IMG/VR virus record: IMGVR_UViG_3300024518_002718
Coordinates: 1 to 39,332 of that record
DNA length: 39,332 nucleotides
Direction: 5' to 3' (one strand)
Source of the DNA: a virus
Taxonomy: Duplodnaviria; Caudoviricetes
Below, one piece after another: positions 33,827-39,332 of this stretch. Positions within the stretch are counted from its first letter, which is position 1. The number at the start of each line of letters is the position of its first letter. The notes beneath the pieces are model-generated. The model did not search any database. It worked only from the letters and a program-made list of their open reading frames with translations, and had not been told where the DNA came from. A program made the position numbers and the translations under genes.

Positions 33827-34227
33827 GCAGCTATGTAATGCGCGTGACCATTGCCTGCCCCATTGCGATGGTTGATGATGCTAACAACTTGGCAATGGTT
33901 CTCGGGGAAGGACCGGCTGATGGATCGACGTTTGGAACCTTCATGTGCGAAGATGGTGACGGTGCGCAATACGCAGTCACATCTACTGTCGCGCGGGCCA
34001 TATTTCCGATCGCAGCTACATCCACGCTGTCACGTCCTGTGTGGGACACGTCCCCCTACGCAATCAGCATGGCCGGTGCAGAGCGCGCTCAAGCCGCGCT
34101 GTCGGTCTATGACCCGTCCGACCCTGTTAGCCCAGCACCTAGTCGGATTTTGGCCGTGATCGGAAATGATGCGGGCGCAGCTTTGTCTGTCATGGGTTTG
34201 ACTGCGTTGGTGCCAGAAGGCGATTGA
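33823..34227 (+). CDS. Hypothetical protein, likely fibre-associated
   Basis: ATGA-coupled 134-aa ORF. Confidence 0.7.
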   Translation: MSSYVMRVTIACPIAMVDDANNLAMVLGEGPADGSTFGTFMCEDGDGAQYAVTSTVARAIFPIAATSTLSRPVWDTSPYAISMAGAERAQAALSVYDPSDPVSPAPSRILAVIGNDAGAALSVMGLTALVPEGD

Positions 34228-34265
34228 AAACCCCTGCCCGCCGGGATGCGCTAAGGAACGCTTTG

Positions 34266-34442
34266 TCATTCGCTCATATCCACAAGATCCGCGGGGTTGG
34301 TCACAACAGGTTGCGCTTTTGGGCACACATCGTAAAGCAGAGAGCCATCGGCCCCGCGCTCAACGCGGACCGTGACGCCTTCTTCGCGGGCAATCCGGGC
34401 GACCTCGCGCAGGGCAGCTAGAGGTAAGGGGCGCGCAGTCAT
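34266..34442 (-). CDS. Small protein (58 aa, MTARPLPLAALREVARIAREEGVTVRVE...), excisionase-like by position
   Basis: ATGA-coupled to the upstream HNH gene; below the ORF-track length cutoff; function inferred. Confidence 0.55.
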   Translation of the reverse strand: MTARPLPLAALREVARIAREEGVTVRVERGADGSLLYDVCPKAQPVVTNPADLVDMSE

Positions 34443-34885
34443 TGGGGGGTGCCCCCAAACAAGCCAGCCGCAAACCTGCGCTTCTCTCTCCCCCTGCGCC
34501 GTGCTGGCGCGTCATAGCGATTGTGGCACCTCTGGCACAGCGCGCGCAGGTTCTCGCGTGCGCAGTTCTCCGGCTGGTGGTCGAGGTGGGCGACGGTCAG
34601 AATGACCTTTACTTCGCGTTGCGTATCAAACGTGTACGCGCAAGTGCCAGCTATGTATGTCCCGGTGTCGGCGCAGATCGAGGCCTCGTATGCTGTCAGG
34701 TCCATTGTCCGGTAGGCGGGGACAGACTGATCACTCGCGCGCGCGCGATCGGTGCCTCGCTGGATGGTCTCGTTATTCGGCGCATTGCACCATTCGCAGC
34801 GGTTGCCTGCATCGTTTCGGACTCTCTGGCTGATTTGTTTCCAGTCGTCTGGATAGCGGGCGCGATTTTCTGGGCGGATCGGCAT
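34439..34885 (-). CDS. HNH-family endonuclease
   Basis: MPIRPENRARYP.DW, CEWC, LTVAHLDH.PENC...NLRALCQRCHNRYD. Confidence 0.85.
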   Translation of the reverse strand: MPIRPENRARYPDDWKQISQRVRNDAGNRCEWCNAPNNETIQRGTDRARASDQSVPAYRTMDLTAYEASICADTGTYIAGTCAYTFDTQREVKVILTVAHLDHQPENCARENLRALCQRCHNRYDAPARRRGREKRRFAAGLFGGTPQ

Positions 34886-34957
34886 CGTATTTCCCCTGTC
34901 TATCAGTGCTTCGTTCGGCTCATTCCAAGTGCGCGCCCTTACTCCATGGCTTTGCGG

Positions 34958-35221
34958 TCATTGGTCCGGGGTCCTATCGGTAGGCCATGGCACGGCGATC
35001 GGCATCCAGTGTGATGCGTCACTCTGATATATTTCAGAGCCAACTGATCTACCTTCATCAATCACCCGCCAGCATCCCTCATTGTCCGGTCCTCCCTCAG
35101 CAAACTGCGCTGGCCATGGGAGTTTGTCTGCAATGCACCAGACCAATATCACTGGCCCAAAGAATTTGCCTTCTGGATTCCGTGGTGCTGTTTCAATAGG
35201 CAGCCAATCGTTGCTTCTCAT
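34958..35221 (-). CDS. DUF551-like phage protein
   Basis: WLPIETAP...SHWMP. Confidence 0.75.
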   Translation of the reverse strand: MRSNDWLPIETAPRNPEGKFFGPVILVWCIADKLPWPAQFAEGGPDNEGCWRVIDEGRSVGSEIYQSDASHWMPIAVPWPTDRTPDQ

Positions 35222-35487
35222 GACTCGTTCTCCAAGGCGTCGGCCATTGTCAGAAGCGCAATCGCCAACTGTCGCGCGGCGTTGGGCCTTAGCCATATTT
35301 CGTCCATGGGGTTATCGGGTGCGTTGTGGTCGCTCTGGCGAATAAACATTTCAGCGCCATCGTGCGATACAGTCACATAAATAGACTCTTTGCAGGATAT
35401 TTCTATCCCTGTCAGTGCGTCGTTAAAATCCCGGCGGCAACCGCACCTCTGTCCATGTGCGGCACTCATGCAGCAAGGCGCGGTCAT
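35218..35487 (-). CDS. Hypothetical protein
   Basis: ATGA-coupled both sides; ARQLAIALL..AD helix. Confidence 0.6.
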   Translation of the reverse strand: MTAPCCMSAAHGQRCGCRRDFNDALTGIEISCKESIYVTVSHDGAEMFIRQSDHNAPDNPMDEIWLRPNAARQLAIALLTMADALENES

Positions 35488-35840
35488 TGGGCGTTCTCCA
35501 AAACATGCGCCAGCGCGTCTTGCGTCCCTGCAACCCAGTCCGTATCTGGGCCGTGCAGCCGCCTCCACTTCGACGGCTGTTGATGCAGGGCGACCTTGGA
35601 CGTGTCGCGCAATCCTTGGTGATGTCCCTCGCACAGGGGGATAGCCGTCACATCTGGCGACTTCCGCGCGCTGTATCGTCCGTGGATGGGGTGATGTGCT
35701 TGTGTGTGGCTGTCCTGCTGGTGGCCAAATGCAACGCATATGCAGCACGGCAGGCCACGCACAGCGGCAAGGTAGTCAGGCCGGGGCATTGCGCGCGCCA
35801 CCTTCTGGCCTAGCGGGGGGAGTCCTGCAAGATTACTCAT
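35484..35840 (-). CDS. DUF968/Ref-like HNH-fold protein
   Basis: YLAAVRGLPCCIC...AHH...D..AIPLC..HH....H. Confidence 0.8.
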   Translation of the reverse strand: MSNLAGLPPLGQKVARAMPRPDYLAAVRGLPCCICVAFGHQQDSHTQAHHPIHGRYSARKSPDVTAIPLCEGHHQGLRDTSKVALHQQPSKWRRLHGPDTDWVAGTQDALAHVLENAQ

Positions 35841-36079
35841 GACTTCTCACGCCGCTTGATTCCGCGATGAGTTTGGTCAAGAAGATGCTCAACAGGAACG
35901 CCAAAGCGGCGGCAAGCCATCACGTAATTGTTCCGCGACATTCCCGCCAGTGAAGCAGCTTTACCCGCGTCAGACACGTGTTTTCCGCAATCAATCAGCA
36001 TATCGACACGCATCTGGGCATTTATCCTGGCTATGTCTTCCCATGTCTTGGGGCCTTGGTATGTCCTGCGTCGTATCAT
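35837..36079 (-). CDS. Hypothetical HTH-like protein
   Basis: KAASLAGMSRNN....CRRFG; coupled. Confidence 0.65.
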   Translation of the reverse strand: MIRRRTYQGPKTWEDIARINAQMRVDMLIDCGKHVSDAGKAASLAGMSRNNYVMACRRFGVPVEHLLDQTHRGIKRREKS

Positions 36080-36471
36080 GCCATTACCCCAGATCTTTCC
36101 GCTTCACGCCATTCGACGCCATGCCGCGCGCCGTATTCGTAGATCACCTCAATCAAATCGCGCATTTGTTGCACGCTGAGATTTGACGACCTGAACCCGA
36201 CCGGAAACGGGCCGCTACCGTCCAGACCATCGGCAAATTGGCACTGATGCCCGAGGGACTGCATAAACGCGGCTTTCCATGTGTCAGAGGTCCAGTTGCG
36301 ACCCTCTGGGGATGCGCGCGCAACGTCTTGCAGCATTGCCCACATCTTCGCATTTTGCGGCGTGGTGCGCTTTTCTGCGGTGATTGACACCACGGCGCGA
36401 TCGGGGGCGCCAGCCAGGGCTTCGGCTGCGTAGGCGCGCTGGCTCTTGCCGACAAGGTATATCTTGGGCAT
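36076..36471 (-). CDS. ninB: NinB/Orf-family recombination protein
   Basis: KRT..QNAKMWAML.DVA, WK..F, SS.L....M.DLIE.I..YGA..GV.W. Confidence 0.88.
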   Translation of the reverse strand: MPKIYLVGKSQRAYAAEALAGAPDRAVVSITAEKRTTPQNAKMWAMLQDVARASPEGRNWTSDTWKAAFMQSLGHQCQFADGLDGSGPFPVGFRSSNLSVQQMRDLIEVIYEYGARHGVEWREAERSGVMA

Positions 36472-37172
36472 CAAAACGCCTCCTTTTCTTCCCACACACG
36501 CACACCGGCAATCGGGCGGGTCTTGTGGTTTTTGGCCACGTAGGCGTCGATAAAAGCCACCATCGCTTCCCGGTCATGCCGCACAATGTCGTTCAGCGCG
36601 TCTTTGTGGCTGGTGACTTCGTACCGAGTGACCTTGCGCAGCCCTTTGACACTAGCAGCGTCCCGCTTAGCCGCTTGTGCGGCCTTCTCTGCTTCGATGG
36701 CAGATTGGCGGGCTTCCTCAGTGGCGCGCTGTTCTTCGATATTAGCGGCATTGGCTGCGGCGGCTTTGGCTTCGGCCTCGCGTCGGGCGGCGTTGGCGGC
36801 TTCCCATGCGGCCTTCTCAGCAGCGCGCTTTTCATCCGCCAGCTTGCGCTTGAACCCATCCACCAGAGCGGTCAAACCTTTCGAAATGCGGTCCAGGTCG
36901 TCAATCGTCGGCTTATACCGGGCAAGCGCGGCTTTCCATGCGTCGTGAAGCGGGGCGGCTTCGGACTTTTGAGCATTGGTCACGTCCTTTTTTGCAGCCT
37001 TGATCTGCTTGTTAAGCGCGTCAACGGCTTTCATTGCACCTTCGTCTGTGACGGCTTCACCATCCAGCCAGCTTTCGGCTTCTGCGATATGGTCGCCAAA
37101 AGGCGCTAGGGCTTCATCAAGGGCGTCTGGCGGGTTGTTGTGATTGCGGGGGGCGGGGGTCATGTCGTTCAT
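36471..37172 (-). CDS. Coiled-coil phage protein of the recombination module
   Basis: HNNPP start, Ala/Glu/Lys-rich helix, I.GVRV.EE end. Confidence 0.75.
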   Translation of the reverse strand: MNDMTPAPRNHNNPPDALDEALAPFGDHIAEAESWLDGEAVTDEGAMKAVDALNKQIKAAKKDVTNAQKSEAAPLHDAWKAALARYKPTIDDLDRISKGLTALVDGFKRKLADEKRAAEKAAWEAANAARREAEAKAAAANAANIEEQRATEEARQSAIEAEKAAQAAKRDAASVKGLRKVTRYEVTSHKDALNDIVRHDREAMVAFIDAYVAKNHKTRPIAGVRVWEEKEAF

Positions 37173-37181
37173 GTCGTGTCC

Positions 37182-37931
37182 TCAGAATGGAATGCTGTCG
37201 TCGCCTAGGTCAGTGTTGGCAGGCTGAGAAAGAGCGGCTTTGCGTGCGTCTTTTGCGGTGTTCGCATCGTCGAAGGCCGCCTGGTCTGCGGCTCGTATGT
37301 CCCTGAGAGTGTCGGCTTCGGACTTCCACAGCGCGCCAAGGTCATCGAGGCTTTGCGCCTTGTTTACTTGCGTCACGATCCGGTCAGACGCAGCGCGGGC
37401 GTTGAACTTGGGCGGCTCCGGGTCTTGCCCTCCGTCAGGCTCATCGCCATGCAAATCACCCTTGTGCCAAAGGTCTAGCGCTGCACCAAATCGCATGGCC
37501 GCGTTTCGCAGGGCATCCCCGATCAGTTCTTTTACAGCATCGCCGCCGCGCTTGCCGTCTGGGTGCCCATATCCAAGCCGGGTCACGTTGCAGACGGTCA
37601 AGAAAATCCACATGCCGCCATTCTCATCTATGAGCGGCGTGCCATGCTCGGTGCGTGCGACAGGCTCCCAATTCCAAGAAGGGTCACAATCAAGCAGTCT
37701 GTCAGTCAGTGCAGCGTGACCGACATAATCCAAGTGGACAACATCCCTGTGATGCCATTGGCCGCACAACTTGCAGCGAATGCCTTTCTTGAAATCAGCC
37801 TTTACCTCATCGGTCTGGCGTTTCGTGGGTTTCGGCAATTTCGAAATCTGATTTGACTTGAACGGAGCGCGCAGCAGTTCAAGACCAGTCTGCCGCGCCC
37901 CGTCTGTCTTGATCGGTGTTTGATTGGTCAT
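37182..37931 (-). CDS. Rad52/Sak-like single-strand annealing protein
   Basis: HLDYVGHA..T.RL...DP.W.W, KE.IGDALRNAAMRFG.ALDLW; SSB-like acidic tail DDSIPF. Confidence 0.8.
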   Translation of the reverse strand: MTNQTPIKTDGARQTGLELLRAPFKSNQISKLPKPTKRQTDEVKADFKKGIRCKLCGQWHHRDVVHLDYVGHAALTDRLLDCDPSWNWEPVARTEHGTPLIDENGGMWIFLTVCNVTRLGYGHPDGKRGGDAVKELIGDALRNAAMRFGAALDLWHKGDLHGDEPDGGQDPEPPKFNARAASDRIVTQVNKAQSLDDLGALWKSEADTLRDIRAADQAAFDDANTAKDARKAALSQPANTDLGDDSIPF

Positions 37932-38098
37932 TGCGCCCACCAGAAAATAGCGGCACCGATCGAACACCAGAAAAGCACGGTTGCGAATATGGCCGGGCCG
38001 ACCCACCACGCGGGTGGCATTGCGTCGGGCGGGTCATGATCCTCTGGCAGGTTGTCGATAATCCATTGCTCTCGGGGGTTGGAAGTCGGGCGGGTCAT
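37928..38098 (-). CDS. Small membrane protein
   Basis: C-terminal hydrophobic helix; RBS GGAGGGG. Confidence 0.65.
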   Translation of the reverse strand: MTRPTSNPREQWIIDNLPEDHDPPDAMPPAWWVGPAIFATVLFWCSIGAAIFWWAQ

Positions 38099-38099
38099 G

Positions 38100-38480
38100 T
38101 CACACCCCCTCCGGTCGCTGGATGATGGCCTGCTGCCATGGGTTGCCGTCAAAGGAAATGTCGATCACACGGTCAATCCTGCAAGAGACGGCTGCGTCCC
38201 ACCAGCGGACTTGCCTTTCTGGTTTGGTATTGAATGCATTAATCACCCCATCCTCATTCATCGCAATCCACCGCCACCCACCGTGCAGACCTGCGGGCCA
38301 ATTGGGGAGTTTTCCGGGTGCGGCGCGGTAGGTTGCTTCGGGAATAAGCGATGGGCCAAATGCGCGCATCCACTCCCCATCCAAGAACACCTGAAACTCA
38401 CCTTTGTGCGCCCTGAGCGCGTCCTGCGTTTCCTTGTCGAGCTGCCCGAATGGCTTTTTGATTTTGGTCAAGTCCGTCAT
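38100..38480 (-). CDS. Hypothetical protein
   Basis: 126-aa ORF with RBS; W.WIA.N.DG....F..KP pattern. Confidence 0.75.
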   Translation of the reverse strand: MTDLTKIKKPFGQLDKETQDALRAHKGEFQVFLDGEWMRAFGPSLIPEATYRAAPGKLPNWPAGLHGGWRWIAMNEDGVINAFNTKPERQVRWWDAAVSCRIDRVIDISFDGNPWQQAIIQRPEGV

Positions 38481-38492
38481 ATCTCTACCCCT

Positions 38493-38609
38493 TCAGCACA
38501 TGCCGCAGGGCGCAACGGCCCGCAGCGTTTCAACTGTGATGTGAATTGCCCATGCGCCCAGAATAGCGAGGCAGGCAATCTGAATGCAGGTCAGGAAATT
38601 GGCGCTCAT
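38493..38609 (-). CDS. Small hydrophobic protein (38 aa)
   Basis: ATGA-coupled, fills the gap; one TM-like segment. Confidence 0.5.
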   Translation of the reverse strand: MSANFLTCIQIACLAILGAWAIHITVETLRAVAPCGMC

Positions 38610-38782
38610 TTCAGAGCCTCCTGGCGGGTATCTTCCGCATCGGTTTTCGCGTCCTCAAGAGCGCGCCATATCTCCGCGATGGTTGTTTTTGGGTAAGTCC
38701 TGACCATTGCGTAAATCGTGGCGTTCAATTCGTCGCTCAGAACCGCCTGACGGCTGCGGGCGGGGATTGTGTGAACGCTCAT
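38606..38782 (-). CDS. Hypothetical protein (58 aa)
   Basis: RBS GGAGG; ATGA-coupled. Confidence 0.6.
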   Translation of the reverse strand: MSVHTIPARSRQAVLSDELNATIYAMVRTYPKTTIAEIWRALEDAKTDAEDTRQEALK

Positions 38783-39087
38783 GCCATTGCCTCCTGCAAA
38801 GTGTCGAACCGCGCATCGCACTGACTTCCGTTTCCAGTATCGAGTTCGCGGGCGTGCGCCTCAGCAGCGCGCTCCTCGAATGCCTCCACAGCAGTTTCAC
38901 CCATGGCTGTCACAAGGTCGCGGCGGGGCAGCTTGAGCGCACCCACAGACCACGACACAACCCATGCTGTGACCTCGTGATAACCCTTGAAGATGCCGAC
39001 ATCTGGCTGGCGGTGAACCCTCTCAACCCTGTAGCTCAAAACGGCTTCGGGCAGCGCGAACTCGTCTAGTTCGATGTGATCGGCCAT
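38779..39087 (-). CDS. Hypothetical acidic protein
   Basis: TGATG-coupled; 102 aa. Confidence 0.65.
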   Translation of the reverse strand: MADHIELDEFALPEAVLSYRVERVHRQPDVGIFKGYHEVTAWVVSWSVGALKLPRRDLVTAMGETAVEAFEERAAEAHARELDTGNGSQCDARFDTLQEAMA

Positions 39088-39236
39088 CACACGCACCCCA
39101 GCTTGACTGGCGGCTTGGTCCGGTATGTCGGTGCTGGGAGAGTGACCAGCAGGCCGCGCATCTGAACGTGAGCGGCGGCGGCGCGGCGGTTGGTCGCCAG
39201 CTTGCCGTCTGCGGTGATGTAGATAATCCGGTGCAT
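39087..39236 (-). CDS. First leftward early gene (49 aa, MHRIIYITADGKLATN...)
   Basis: GGAGGATCACAC-ATG; ends TGATG into the next gene. Confidence 0.7.
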   Translation of the reverse strand: MHRIIYITADGKLATNRRAAAAHVQMRGLLVTLPAPTYRTKPPVKLGCV

Positions 39237-39332
39237 GTGTGATCCTCCATCCGTTGGCCGCGTTGGTGCGGCGATGGGGATCTATCTAACAAAACCGCAT
39301 ACACCAGTCAAACAAAAAGTGAGACCGGGCGA
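39234..39332. repeat. 99-nt terminal copy of 680-778 (circular closure)
   Basis: Exact identity by inspection; length typical of an assembler k-mer overlap. Confidence 0.92.

Noticed and set aside
34886-34961. Two coupled mini-ORFs (13 and 6 codons) on the minus strand
   Set aside because: Too short to support; probably gene remnants
39234-39332. Biological terminal repeat or att site
   Set aside because: Exactly 99 nt ending at the contig edge fits an assembly overlap better; no integrase seen

Overview
The window is an essentially complete, circularly assembled ~38.5 kb phage genome with P22/SU10-like short-tailed morphogenesis genes, probably infecting a Rhodobacteraceae-type alphaproteobacterium (GapR/DUF2312, RcGTA-like head-spike genes, cuckoo-type sRNA). 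The last 99 nt (39234-39332) are identical to 680-778, so the circle closes there. Bases 1-679 are an alternative allele of the same locus carrying an extra two-gene cassette bounded by a 15-bp RBS+ATG direct repeat. Layout: lambdoid CI/Cro-like switch with twin divergent promoters; rightward replication and DNA-modification genes (SSB, GapR-like, VRR-NUC, DUF1376 initiator, DnaA-CTD, dual-frame C5 methyltransferase, amino-methyltransferase, dCTP deaminase, NusG paralogue); packaging, head, tail, ejection and tailspike genes; lysis; head fibre; and a leftward early recombination arm (Rad52/Sak-like, NinB, HNH) with no recognisable integrase. The most striking observation is that the terminase large-subunit Walker A (GGRGS-GKT) is split by an in-frame 6-nt insert, TAG CCG, immediately downstream of an invading HNH homing endonuclease that supplies a replacement TerL start. 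This is a candidate mini ribosomal-bypass/homing cassette reminiscent of T4 gene 60/MobA. All family assignments are from motif recognition by eye; no searches were run.
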